Below, piece by piece: positions 34,332 to 44,669 of a DNA stretch of 64,000 bases. Every line of letters begins with the position of its first letter. Position 1 is the stretch's first letter. Under the pieces are notes generated by a model. The model saw only the letters and a program-made list of their open reading frames with translations. It was not told where the DNA came from and ran no database searches. Origin of the DNA: a virus (Duplodnaviria; Heunggongvirae; Uroviricota; Caudoviricetes); the IMG/VR virus record IMGVR_UViG_3300028275_000480, positions 1 to 64,000 of that record; one strand, written 5' to 3'. A program made the position numbers and the translations under genes.

Positions 34332-35517
34332 ACACCGCAGTAAGAGCAATGACTAAATCTTCAATCATTCCGTCGTCGTGATATGGAGTGGGTGCAAATC
34401 GTAATCTTTCAGTACCTACATCAACCGTAGGATAGTTAATTGGTTGAACATAGATGTTGTGATCATTTAACAGCATATCGCTCATTGCTTTACACTTCTT
34501 AGCATCTCCAACAAGCACAGGAATAATATGAGTGGTGGAACATTCCATAACAGGAATTCCTGCTTTCTTTAATCTATGTCTTAATTTACGAGCACGTTCT
34601 TGATGTTTCTCTCGAACTTCGTTATGCTCTTTTAAGTATTTGATTGCAGCCAACGCACCGGCACAGGTAACAGGGCTCATAGACGTAGTAAAAATGAACC
34701 CTGCAGCCACTGATCGGATAGCATCAATTACATCTGCATCGGCAGCAATATATCCACCTTGGACACCATACGCTTTACCAAGCGTTCCGTTAACTATGTC
34801 AACTCGGTCCTGGAACCCTAACTCTTCTAATTTACCAGCGCCGCGCTCACCGTATAGCCCTACCGCATGTACTTCGTCAATGTAAGTGATAGCATTGTAT
34901 TTGTCTGCTAGATTACAAATTCCTCTTATGTCTCCAACATCACCATCCATAGAATATACACTTTCAAAAACAATACAAGGAGTATGGCCAGCAAGTGTAG
35001 CAGCAACTAATTTGCTTTCTAAATCTTCTAGGTTATTGTGTTCAAATATTTGTTTAGGAGCTCGACTATGACTCATTCCTATAATTAAACTATTGTGATT
35101 TTTACTATCGCTGATAAAATGAATATTAGGCACAATCTTGCTTAGAGCAATAAGAGTCCATTCGTTGGCCACATATGCAGAGCTGAATAATAAACTGCTC
35201 TGTTTATTATGCAGAGTGGCAAGCTCGTGTTCTAAGGCTTTATGATAGTGACTAGACCCGCCAATATTGCGAGTGCCTCCTGAACCAGATCCTGTGTGAT
35301 CTAGAGCGGTGTGCATAGCATCTAGCACAACTTTATGCTGGCCCATGCCCAAATAATCGTTTGAACACCAGTTTACTATGTTCTTAATGTTATAAGGCCC
35401 GTACCAAATAGCTGTAGGAAATTTTCCAGCTTCTCTAACAATATCATTAAAAACACGATATTTTCCTGATGCTTTAAGATCCTGCAATAGTTTTTTAAAA
35501 GGTTCTTTGTTTATCAT
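34315..35517 (-). CDS. 5-aminolevulinate synthase-like class-II aminotransferase (ALAS/AONS family)
   Basis: [11 protein letters not shown] and [10 protein letters not shown] motifs typical of ALAS; 400 aa; 17-nt convergent overlap with hldD. Confidence 0.75.
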   Translation of the reverse strand: MINKEPFKKLLQDLKASGKYRVFNDIVREAGKFPTAIWYGPYNIKNIVNWCSNDYLGMGQHKVVLDAMHTALDHTGSGSGGTRNIGGSSHYHKALEHELATLHNKQSSLLFSSAYVANEWTLIALSKIVPNIHFISDSKNHNSLIIGMSHSRAPKQIFEHNNLEDLESKLVAATLAGHTPCIVFESVYSMDGDVGDIRGICNLADKYNAITYIDEVHAVGLYGERGAGKLEELGFQDRVDIVNGTLGKAYGVQGGYIAADADVIDAIRSVAAGFIFTTSMSPVTCAGALAAIKYLKEHNEVREKHQERARKLRHRLKKAGIPVMECSTTHIIPVLVGDAKKCKAMSDMLLNDHNIYVQPINYPTVDVGTERLRFAPTPYHDDGMIEDLVIALTAVFNKFD

Positions 35518-35559
35518 AGTATGCTATTTAACACTAAATATTAGATCGGAGATTATAAA

Positions 35560-35793
35560 ATGGATATAGTGCAATTAGATGTGCCGTTGTTTATACGTTT
35601 GCTAGAGCTTGCTCGGGAAGAAGTTAAGCAAGATGCAGATCTACATGATATAGCAGAAGCAGTTATTAAATTATCACAAGACGGTCCAGTTACAATGGCA
35701 GACTATGACAAAATTGTAGCTTTTATGAACAAACAGGGCGATCCTGCTAAAGAAGAAATTAATCGCATTAGGCAATTGGGCGGTGTACAATGA
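35560..35793 (+). CDS. hypothetical protein
   Basis: 77-aa ORF. Confidence 0.5.
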   Translation: MDIVQLDVPLFIRLLELAREEVKQDADLHDIAEAVIKLSQDGPVTMADYDKIVAFMNKQGDPAKEEINRIRQLGGVQ

Positions 35794-36092
35794 AAATTAC
35801 AGAATTAATAAGAGGCATGCTAGATATCATAGATGGTGTTGATCAACAACAAAACGACCCAGATCCTTCTGGATACAAAGATACAGATATAAAAAGATTT
35901 AAACAAATTGTAGACCTAGCAGATCAAGGTCAGCCAACCGAATATTCAAATACTCCGAAAGAAGAATATGCCAGCATTGACTCTGTGACCGTAGATGCTG
36001 GTGCTGATAGTTTAAACGGAACTAAACATCCTGCAGATATTAGAAGTGATAGTGTTGCAATGTATCCAGGAACGGTCTATGGAGCAAAATAA
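35790..36092 (+). CDS. hypothetical protein (paralog of 37727..37972 at the N-terminus)
   Basis: shared ELIRGMLDIIDGVD / EFMRALADIIDKLD motif. Confidence 0.5.
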   Translation: MKITELIRGMLDIIDGVDQQQNDPDPSGYKDTDIKRFKQIVDLADQGQPTEYSNTPKEEYASIDSVTVDAGADSLNGTKHPADIRSDSVAMYPGTVYGAK

Positions 36093-36364
36093 TGTCAGCC
36101 AACGGTATTTCAGATAGATTATTACATACTAAAGAACAATCACAGCTTCTTAAATTACAAATTGCTGAAGCAAAACGTCAAGGCAAAGTAGTTGCGACTG
36201 ATGGAACAATAACTGGTTCTCTTGATAGTTCTAAACCATATTATAGACCAAACAATGTTTTAGACACAACATTATTGCCAGACACATATAACGGCAATGT
36301 TCCGGGCGCAGACGATAATCCTAACACTGGCGGCTTAGTTGCCGGTCGTCCGTGGAAAACCTAA
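36092..36364 (+). CDS. hypothetical protein
   Basis: 90-aa ORF. Confidence 0.5.
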   Translation: MSANGISDRLLHTKEQSQLLKLQIAEAKRQGKVVATDGTITGSLDSSKPYYRPNNVLDTTLLPDTYNGNVPGADDNPNTGGLVAGRPWKT

Positions 36365-36373
36365 AGATTTAAT

Positions 36374-37717
36374 ATGGCTCTTTTCCCTTCAGAACAACCT
36401 GAAAATACTTCGGCGTATATTCATCCAAGAGATCCTCATCTTCATAGAATTGAAAACTCTATGGAGTACAATGCCTTAGGACAACCTGTGCTTCGTACTA
36501 CTCTTAAAGTAGGACAGACAGATGCTTTTGGACGCATACGTATGAGTACACCTTTTACTCTAGGTGACTACAAACACTTATACGGATTAGATCCTAACTT
36601 TATCGACTATACATTAAATGGTGGCACCGTAGATTTTCAATCAAATAAAGCCTGTGCTAGATTGACCACAAGTAATAACTCTAGTAGTCGTGTTGTTCAT
36701 CAGACTAAGTTCTATCATCACTATATGCCAGGCAAGAGCCAGCAGATACTTTCAAGTTTTAACTTCTATGCTGCCACAGCCAATGTTACAAAGCGCACAG
36801 GATACTTTGATGATAACAATGGTATATTTTTTGAACAAGCAGGTGATGGTACTCTGAGTTGGGTTATAAGAACTTATACATCTGGTGCTCCTGTAGAGAA
36901 TCGTGTCACACAGGCCGACTGGAACATTGACAAATGTGATGGCACAGGCGGAAGTACATTTGATATAGATGTTACCAAAACACAACTATCCTTTATAGAG
37001 TTTCAATGGTTAGGTGTGGGTGCTGTCACCGTAGGTTTTGTACACAACGGTGCTTACATACCCTGCCACATATTCTACCACTCAAACAACTTGACCACGG
37101 TCTACATAAGCACACCAAACTTGCCTGTACGCTGTGAGATTGTAAACACAGGCACTACTACAGGTGCTTACTTTGATCAGATCTGCTCTACCGTAGTGTC
37201 AGAAGGCGGCTACGTAGAAGCAGGACAGGATTGGTCAGTGATTAGCCCTAGCCTAAGAACCATAGCCTCTGGTGCAACATTGACCATAATGGCCATAAGA
37301 TTAAAAACAACATTCAAAACCTATGCCAACCGTATGATAGTTCGTTCTGGAAACCTAAATGTATTCAGCGATGGCGATAGTATCAAATGGCGTTTGATCA
37401 AACTGCCTAATCAGGCCGCATTGACTGGATCTACCTGGGTAGATGTTGACACTGATAGTGGTGTACAATATAACGCTACCTGCACAGCATTCACAGGTGG
37501 CGATGAAATGGACAACGGCTTTGTTGGTGCTAGTACACAAGGTAGTCAAAAAGCCGGCGGTGCCCCAGCAAGTAACCTTCCCAGCGAAGCCAAAAAGAAT
37601 TATATTGTACAAAACTATGACAGCACTGACAGCGAGATCTACGTTGTAGTAGCAACTAACATAGGCTCACAGAGCACAAACGTCGGCGTTGGCTGGCAGT
37701 GGCGCGAAATATACTAA
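36374..37717 (+). CDS. putative virion structural protein
   Basis: 447-aa ORF, beta-rich composition, located in the structural block. Confidence 0.55.
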   Translation: MALFPSEQPENTSAYIHPRDPHLHRIENSMEYNALGQPVLRTTLKVGQTDAFGRIRMSTPFTLGDYKHLYGLDPNFIDYTLNGGTVDFQSNKACARLTTSNNSSSRVVHQTKFYHHYMPGKSQQILSSFNFYAATANVTKRTGYFDDNNGIFFEQAGDGTLSWVIRTYTSGAPVENRVTQADWNIDKCDGTGGSTFDIDVTKTQLSFIEFQWLGVGAVTVGFVHNGAYIPCHIFYHSNNLTTVYISTPNLPVRCEIVNTGTTTGAYFDQICSTVVSEGGYVEAGQDWSVISPSLRTIASGATLTIMAIRLKTTFKTYANRMIVRSGNLNVFSDGDSIKWRLIKLPNQAALTGSTWVDVDTDSGVQYNATCTAFTGGDEMDNGFVGASTQGSQKAGGAPASNLPSEAKKNYIVQNYDSTDSEIYVVVATNIGSQSTNVGVGWQWREIY

Positions 37718-37726
37718 ATATACACT

Positions 37727-37972
37727 ATGAGAGCAGCAGAATTTATGAGGGCGTTAGCCGATATTATTGACAAATTAGACGGCGAGTCCGAGAACAATCT
37801 GCCAGCTAAAGATCCAAGTAAAGCAGATCCAAATCCAATAATGGTTCCTCCGTTACAACAGCATCTAGAACTAGACAAAGCAGAAGCCGGAAAAGATAGT
37901 CCAATTATCAAAAAGCTCACGCAAGATGAAGTCGAGCATAATCCGCAAAATCCCATTTTTCGTAGAAATTAA
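37727..37972 (+). CDS. hypothetical protein
   Basis: 81-aa ORF; paralogous N-terminus to 35790..36092. Confidence 0.45.
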   Translation: MRAAEFMRALADIIDKLDGESENNLPAKDPSKADPNPIMVPPLQQHLELDKAEAGKDSPIIKKLTQDEVEHNPQNPIFRRN

Positions 37973-37999
37973 TAAAAAAACATACCGATAAATATTGGT

Positions 38000-40900
38000 A
38001 TGACTATTCAAAAGATTAAATCTGGGCGTATACCTGGCCAAGACGTAGAATTTTACGTTGGTGCTCACGGACAACTATTTTACGACGAAGATACGGGTAT
38101 TTTACGTATTTCCGATGGAGTAACACCAGGGGGAACCGTTGTCAGCGGAGGAACAGGCGGGGGAACTTATACATTACCCACAGCAACAACTACCGTAAAA
38201 GGTGGTGTTAAAATTGACGGCACCACTATTAACATTGCTAATCAAGTTATCAGTGTGGGTACCGTTCCATATGCTAGTATTTCAAATGCACCCACAGCAG
38301 TCTCAGCATTTACTAACGATAGCGGATACATTACTTCAAGCGCCTTATCTAGTTATGCTACACAAACTTATGTAACTACTCGTGGATACATTACATCGGC
38401 AGGCATTCCTAGCGTAGTTAGTTCCTTTACTAACGATAGCGGATATGTAACTTCTAGTAGCTTTGATCTAGATACCATTGACTTTGATACTAACAATAAA
38501 CTGCATGCCACAGGAGTATTACCAGGTGATGCTGAAGGTTTCACTGCTATATTTGCAGGCCGCGCCGCAGGTGTAGCTGCACTACCTAACACCGTTATCC
38601 AAAGTCAAGCGCAGGTTAACGACTACGCACAGAACAACTTTCAAAATACTAACGATGGCAATCACGCAAGTACAGAATGGGTAGCAACAAGTCCAAACGG
38701 TAGCGACACAGACTACTATATTGATTTAGGTATTAACGGAGCAAGTTGGGACGGCACAGCAGAGAATAGTTTATATGATAATGTAGGACAGCGTGATGGA
38801 TGGTTGTATGTGCAAGGAGGTAATGCTGGCGGTGGTAACTTAGTACTTGGCACAAGTATTGCCAATACCTATACTAAGATTATTGCAGGTGATGCATCAG
38901 CAGGCAATAAGGAAGTTGTTCGCTTTAGTGAAACAGAAGTTAAACTATCTAAACAACTAACATTCAGTGACAACACAACACAGACTACAGCTTGGACTGG
39001 GTCTGTTAGTTGGAGCGATGTTACCAGCAAGCCTACAATATTAACAACTTTAAATAGTTTAGATGATGTGACTACCGTGGGAGCCACAGACGGTCAAGTC
39101 TTAAAATATAATGCCAGCCTTAGCATATGGCAACCAGCAGCTGACCTAGTAGGCAGTGGTGGTAGTGGTATTGGACTCACTGACTTATCAGCATCGAATG
39201 CTTCAGCCAGCGGTGGAGGAAGTTTAAGTTACAACAATACTTCGGGGGTGTTTACATTTACACCGCCTAACCTAACATCTTATGTAACTAATAGCTCGCT
39301 GTCGTCTACGCTATTGACCTATGCTACACAGACTTATGTTACTAGCCAAGGATATATTACTAGCTCGGGTAATGCCGCAACAGCAACTAAATTAGGAACT
39401 GCTCGTGCTATCAACGGAATAAATTTTGATGGTTCTGCTGCTATTACTATCACCGCAGTAAATCCTAATGCACTAACTATTGGCACAGGACTCAGCGGAA
39501 CAAGTTATGATGGTAGCACAGCAGTTACCGTAGCAGTTGATAATACTATAGCACGTAGAGCAGATACTACCTATGTTGGTACAACCAGTATTGCCCTAAA
39601 CAGATCAAGTGCTAGCCAAACACTAACAGGTGTAAGTATTGACGGCAATGCCGATACGGTGACCAACGGTGTTTATACCACAGGCACATACGCAAATCCA
39701 GCGTGGATAACAAGTCTAGCCTACAGCAAGTTAACTGGGACCCCTACAATCTTTAGTGGTAGTTATACAGACTTAACTAATAAGCCAACTATACCTACAA
39801 ATGTAAGCCAATTAGCCAACGACAGCGGATACATTACCGCCGCAGCAATACCGGCACAATTTACATTTAATGTAGCAGCCGATGATAGTTCATTAAAAAC
39901 TATTAGTAGTCAAGAAACAATTAAGTTTATAGGAGCTAATAATATTACAACATCCAGTGATGCTGAAGGCAATATCACCATCACTGGCCCAACACTAACA
40001 GGTTATGCAACTAAGACAGGTGCTGAAACTTTAACTAGTAAAAACATTAGTGGCTCAAGTAATACTATTACCAACATTGCCAACTCGAGTTTGTCTAATA
40101 GCTCTGTTACCATTGGTACTACATCAATATCATTAGGCAGTTCGTCAACTACACTTGGCGGAATGGCATGGATTACATTTGCTGGTAGCACTAGCGGCAC
40201 AACACAATTAAGGCCTAGTGCAATAGCTGGTACAACAACCGTTACAATGCCAGGAACAACTGGCACACTGATTACTACAGGCGATACCGGCACGGTTACA
40301 AATGCTATGTTAGCAGGCAGTATTGCCACAAGCAAGATTACTGGGTTAGCTACGAGTGCTACCACAGATACAACAAATGCTTCTAATATTACCAGCGGAA
40401 CATTACCTAATGCACGACTAAGTTCCGTTCCAAATAGCGCATTAGCAAACAGCAGTATCTCTGTCAATGGCACAAGCATTTCTTTAGGTGGAAGCGGCAC
40501 TATTACCGTTAATAGTATTTCAGCAAGTGGTTTTACTGGCGTATTAGGATTTGATGCTTCCGGCAGTTTAATACTAAGCAATACAAATAAGTTTAGAAGT
40601 CCGTCTGGATTGATCATTGAAACCGGAACATCCCCATTAAAAGATTGGACATTTGGAACTACTGGTAGTTTAACATTTCCAGATAATACCACACAGAGCA
40701 CCGCTTATACCGGCAATGCCGATACCGTAACCAATGGTGTTTATACCACCGACACCGGCACGGTCACAAACACAATGCTGGCAGGATCTATTGCCAATTC
40801 TAAGTTGGCAAATAGTTCAGTAACGATTAATGGCACAAGTATCGCACTAGGTGCAAGTGCTACTATTACAGCGGCCGCGGGCACACTAACCGGCACAACA

Positions 40901-42154
40901 TTAAATTCAACCGTAGTAACTTCAAGTTTAACCAGTGTTGGCACACTAACAAGTTTAACAACTAGTGGAACTATTACTAGTAGTAAAACGGGAACCGCAA
41001 CACACGGAACAGGTGCACAACTTTATATTAACGGTTCTACTTATAGTAGAATAGACTTTAACAATGTCTATGGGGCTCCTACCGTAACTGATAGATCTAC
41101 AGGAACCAGAATATTATTCAATCCAGATATAGCAGTGAATAAAATGGATTGTGCTATCGGTATGTCAACTGATACCTTATGGTCCTCTGTTCAAGGCCCT
41201 AACTTCAACTTTGGTTGGTATGCTGGCGACGGATTAGGCTTTGCTGGTTCCAACGCCCCAGTTACACTTCTTACCTTATCGGGTGCTGGTGTCTTAACGA
41301 TTCCAGGAACAACAAGTGTAACTAATAACTCTGCTACTAATAAGACTCTCAATATTGGCACACACGGACAACTTTTTGACGACGGCAACCTTCATATTCA
41401 TACCAGCAGTGGAACATTATGGATCAATAGTTTAGATAGTAGTGATATTAGTATTGGAACTCAATATAACAGCGGATCTGGATCAAGTGTAAACATCGGT
41501 AAGAATCTAGTGGCCAACAGCGGTAGTGTAACAGCTAATGCTACCACAGCGTTCATTGCTGGAGATAATGCTGTCAGTGGCGTTGCACTACAAATGCCTA
41601 ACGAAGGCGCTCTTCGTAACTTGAAGAATGGTAGTACCAATATGTACTTTGACGTTAGCATTGGTGGATCAACTCAAGGATCATTCCAGTTCCGTTCGAG
41701 CAGTTCGTATACCAATGTGCTGACAATGAGCAGCACGGGTGTTACATTTAACACTGACGCAACCTTTACATCGAGAACACCGTCAGTATCAAGAACGGCA
41801 TACAACGCAGCCATAGATACTGAGATTACCTTGGATAATATGCGTTTCCGCATCAGCAATCAAGGGGGTATATTCCCACAGGTTATTGGCAACGGTTCGT
41901 CAAGAAATCTTGCTTGGACTGGTGTGGGTGCTATCAATGGTGCAGCCGTTGCTCAAGCAGGTAGCACTGGCACAATCGTATCTACTTCTGCCTGGACTAC
42001 ATTGTATAATCTACACGGTATGGATGCCGCTGGTGATACCGTTACCGTTACACTACAGGATAAGGCGGCAGGTCGTATCTATCGCATTACATTCATGCGT
42101 AGTGACAACGGTAGCACAACAGGCTACAACATCATTGGCGAGAGAATATTATAA
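38000..42154 (+). CDS. tail fibre protein (large, repeat-containing)
   Basis: 1384 aa, Thr/Ser/Gly-rich with repeated TNDSGYITS and NADTVTNGVYTT segments. Confidence 0.8.
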   Translation: MTIQKIKSGRIPGQDVEFYVGAHGQLFYDEDTGILRISDGVTPGGTVVSGGTGGGTYTLPTATTTVKGGVKIDGTTINIANQVISVGTVPYASISNAPTAVSAFTNDSGYITSSALSSYATQTYVTTRGYITSAGIPSVVSSFTNDSGYVTSSSFDLDTIDFDTNNKLHATGVLPGDAEGFTAIFAGRAAGVAALPNTVIQSQAQVNDYAQNNFQNTNDGNHASTEWVATSPNGSDTDYYIDLGINGASWDGTAENSLYDNVGQRDGWLYVQGGNAGGGNLVLGTSIANTYTKIIAGDASAGNKEVVRFSETEVKLSKQLTFSDNTTQTTAWTGSVSWSDVTSKPTILTTLNSLDDVTTVGATDGQVLKYNASLSIWQPAADLVGSGGSGIGLTDLSASNASASGGGSLSYNNTSGVFTFTPPNLTSYVTNSSLSSTLLTYATQTYVTSQGYITSSGNAATATKLGTARAINGINFDGSAAITITAVNPNALTIGTGLSGTSYDGSTAVTVAVDNTIARRADTTYVGTTSIALNRSSASQTLTGVSIDGNADTVTNGVYTTGTYANPAWITSLAYSKLTGTPTIFSGSYTDLTNKPTIPTNVSQLANDSGYITAAAIPAQFTFNVAADDSSLKTISSQETIKFIGANNITTSSDAEGNITITGPTLTGYATKTGAETLTSKNISGSSNTITNIANSSLSNSSVTIGTTSISLGSSSTTLGGMAWITFAGSTSGTTQLRPSAIAGTTTVTMPGTTGTLITTGDTGTVTNAMLAGSIATSKITGLATSATTDTTNASNITSGTLPNARLSSVPNSALANSSISVNGTSISLGGSGTITVNSISASGFTGVLGFDASGSLILSNTNKFRSPSGLIIETGTSPLKDWTFGTTGSLTFPDNTTQSTAYTGNADTVTNGVYTTDTGTVTNTMLAGSIANSKLANSSVTINGTSIALGASATITAAAGTLTGTTLNSTVVTSSLTSVGTLTSLTTSGTITSSKTGTATHGTGAQLYINGSTYSRIDFNNVYGAPTVTDRSTGTRILFNPDIAVNKMDCAIGMSTDTLWSSVQGPNFNFGWYAGDGLGFAGSNAPVTLLTLSGAGVLTIPGTTSVTNNSATNKTLNIGTHGQLFDDGNLHIHTSSGTLWINSLDSSDISIGTQYNSGSGSSVNIGKNLVANSGSVTANATTAFIAGDNAVSGVALQMPNEGALRNLKNGSTNMYFDVSIGGSTQGSFQFRSSSSYTNVLTMSSTGVTFNTDATFTSRTPSVSRTAYNAAIDTEITLDNMRFRISNQGGIFPQVIGNGSSRNLAWTGVGAINGAAVAQAGSTGTIVSTSAWTTLYNLHGMDAAGDTVTVTLQDKAAGRIYRITFMRSDNGSTTGYNIIGERIL

Positions 42155-42164
42155 GGAGTGAAAA

Positions 42165-42320
42165 ATGGAAGACTATAAAAAATTAACTTGTAATCATTGT
42201 AAACACGCCGCACATTGCGGACATAGTTGTTTAGAAGAAACCTGCGATCATTGCTCCGAATGTGCTTGCGATCGTTGCAGATCAGAAGAAGAAAATTATT
42301 TAGATCGCGGTTATAATTAA
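42165..42320 (+). CDS. small Cys/His-rich metal-binding protein (51 aa)
   Basis: not in the track; strong AAGGAG RBS; 10 Cys and 4 His. Confidence 0.45.
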   Translation: MEDYKKLTCNHCKHAAHCGHSCLEETCDHCSECACDRCRSEEENYLDRGYN

Positions 42321-42321
42321 A

Positions 42322-42945
42322 ATGCTTCGCAGACGACAAATAACATTGTTGTCAAATCCATCTTGCAATAGAGCGGTTGAAAATATCAATGCAGATGATT
42401 TTAGGTTCTATGATAAAGACGGATTTGAACTAAATGTAGCAGAAAGAAAATTCTACGATGAAATGGAATATCCTATTCATTATCATATATTAAATCATCA
42501 TTGCTGGCAAGAACCTTGGTTTGAATTAGAAAAAGATGATTTAGGATTAATACTTGATCATTCAATGTTTCTTTGTCGATGTTCCTATGATGGTGCTGCT
42601 TTAGAACAACTTAAAAAAATAAAATCAACATATCCCTTAGCTGATTATCTAATTAGAAGTAGACGTAAATGGGGATTTGATTTTGCCTTAGATGCTGTAT
42701 CTCCCTCTGGAATTGTATACGAAGTTCTACACATAGAATATGACAACTATGATTACGAACATTTTAAAAATAGAATTATAAATTTTGAATATCTTGCTCG
42801 ACACACAGATTGGATAGATGCTGCAAAACGTATTTGGGAAACAAGAGACAAGTGGGAAAATCTTCAAGGATTTGAACAGAACCATTGGAAAGCCAGTTAT
42901 TTAATAGGCTGGGATAAAGCAGAGTATACAGAAAAAGCAGTATAA
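42322..42945 (+). CDS. hypothetical protein
   Basis: 207-aa ORF. Confidence 0.55.
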   Translation: MLRRRQITLLSNPSCNRAVENINADDFRFYDKDGFELNVAERKFYDEMEYPIHYHILNHHCWQEPWFELEKDDLGLILDHSMFLCRCSYDGAALEQLKKIKSTYPLADYLIRSRRKWGFDFALDAVSPSGIVYEVLHIEYDNYDYEHFKNRIINFEYLARHTDWIDAAKRIWETRDKWENLQGFEQNHWKASYLIGWDKAEYTEKAV

Positions 42946-42977
42946 ATATCTGATACTATTATTATAAGGTTCTAGAT

Positions 42978-43787
42978 ATGAAAAAACTGCTACTATTATT
43001 ATCGCTGTTTGTTTCTACAGCATTTGCCTGGGAACAAAGAGCGCCATTGCCAGTTCAGGCGTGTCAAGTACACAGCCCTTATGGATTTGCACAAACACAA
43101 CGTCAAGTACAACCAATTTGCCGCGAAGCATATCTTGTAGCATATGATGCTCCTGTTAAAATTCCTGCTTACGTGGCCTACACACTACTACCACAAAATG
43201 CTTTAGGATGCTTTCCACGTACGAACGCATTCGTTGCGGACCAGAGTATTCCAAATGGGCCTACTCCGAGCGACTACGCAGGCACAGGCTACGACAAAGG
43301 ACATGCTGCTCCCGACGGTGACCTAAGTTGGTCCCAAATCGTGGAGTATGAGAGTTTTCTCATGACCAACATGTATCCACAGCATGGAAGTTTAAACCGT
43401 GGAATATGGAAACTACTGGAAACTTCAGTACGTGGGTGGGCGGTACAGCAGAATCGCGCATTTACGATCTACGTGGGGGCATTATATGGCGCTGGTGATG
43501 GGTACATTGGTAACGGTGTTATTGTTCCAAACGCATATTATAAGATTGTAATTGATCAGCAAACCGGAGCAGTTGCTGGCTGGATGTTCCCTCATAAAAA
43601 GCCCTATGTTAATTTAGGCAATGATTTAACTAAATTCCGTACCCCAATTAACGGCATTGAACAGGCTGCAGGAGTAAAGTTTGCATTTCCAGCTAACGCT
43701 CGAGAGCTACAACCAGGACAAGAATGGCCTGTGGATTATGGTGCATTAACAAACGCCAAAAGAGCCAAGTGCGGAAAAGCCGATTAA
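42978..43787 (+). CDS. secreted DNA/RNA non-specific endonuclease (NUC/Serratia-nuclease family)
   Basis: signal peptide; GYDKGHAAP active-site-like motif. Confidence 0.7.
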   Translation: MKKLLLLLSLFVSTAFAWEQRAPLPVQACQVHSPYGFAQTQRQVQPICREAYLVAYDAPVKIPAYVAYTLLPQNALGCFPRTNAFVADQSIPNGPTPSDYAGTGYDKGHAAPDGDLSWSQIVEYESFLMTNMYPQHGSLNRGIWKLLETSVRGWAVQQNRAFTIYVGALYGAGDGYIGNGVIVPNAYYKIVIDQQTGAVAGWMFPHKKPYVNLGNDLTKFRTPINGIEQAAGVKFAFPANARELQPGQEWPVDYGALTNAKRAKCGKAD

Positions 43788-43799
43788 AATAAATATAGT

Positions 43800-44669
43800 A
43801 TGAATCCAAAATCTTATCAAATATTTGCTCAATTACTAGAAGGCCACGTAGTCGAAGCAAGCACATCTATGAGTCTTATTGCTGGTCAAACTGGCGGTAA
43901 AGAAGTGGTCCAAGCCCTGCATAAGGATTTAAAACTAGCACACGACATTGGTTATCGTCCAGTGGATAAAATATCCTGGAGCGATTTAAAAAATGCCTAC
44001 GAGGGTGCATGGGTTATTATTCAAGGTGCTAAAGGCACTGGTGCTATTAAAGCCGGAAGAAACGGCACTTATGATGCAGTGGCCAGCAGCGGAGGCCCGA
44101 TCCGAACAACATCAGATGGACGCGGCGGAAATATTCTAGATTTTCTTAAAGGTGAGATTGGAAAACTACAAAAATTTTATGTAGGTAAAAATACTCGAGC
44201 AGTTAGTGATAAACAGAAAAAACGTGCAGATGCTAAAAAAGGAACTTCTAACGAAGTAACTCAAGAAACTTTAATTAAAAAATTTAGACCATTGTGGATT
44301 CGTGCTATTACAGCAGCCATGGCCGATGTTAAAGGACATGTTTCTAATATGATTAAAAATGATGCGTTTGAAAAAGCACAGCGAAAATTAAATCATGTTA
44401 GTAAATTACAAAGTGGGTTAGAAGCATTAGAAGCCGGTGAAGATGTTACTCCGGAATTTATCTCTAATGCTATCAATGTTTCTGTACTAATGGCATCTAG
44501 TCATTTTTATCCAGAACAAACAGGCGCTATAACAAAAAGTTATGGTAGTAGATTTAGTGCAGAAAGAAGTGAAGGCACACAACAATTATTAAAAGACATT
44601 GCCGGTGGTGATCAAAAGAAACTAGGCGCTGTTCTATCTTTCTTTAAAAGGGCATTGATATCAGGATGA
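43800..44669 (+). CDS. hypothetical protein
   Basis: 289-aa ORF. Confidence 0.55.
   Translation: MNPKSYQIFAQLLEGHVVEASTSMSLIAGQTGGKEVVQALHKDLKLAHDIGYRPVDKISWSDLKNAYEGAWVIIQGAKGTGAIKAGRNGTYDAVASSGGPIRTTSDGRGGNILDFLKGEIGKLQKFYVGKNTRAVSDKQKKRADAKKGTSNEVTQETLIKKFRPLWIRAITAAMADVKGHVSNMIKNDAFEKAQRKLNHVSKLQSGLEALEAGEDVTPEFISNAINVSVLMASSHFYPEQTGAITKSYGSRFSAERSEGTQQLLKDIAGGDQKKLGAVLSFFKRALISG

Noticed and set aside
38368-41859. Numerous ORFs of 60 aa or more on both strands inside the tail-fibre gene (for example 40003..40701 minus, 232 aa)
   Set aside because: The repetitive Thr/Ser/Gly-coding DNA yields long Val/Pro/Leu-rich antisense frames. All are embedded in the single 1384-aa ORF.
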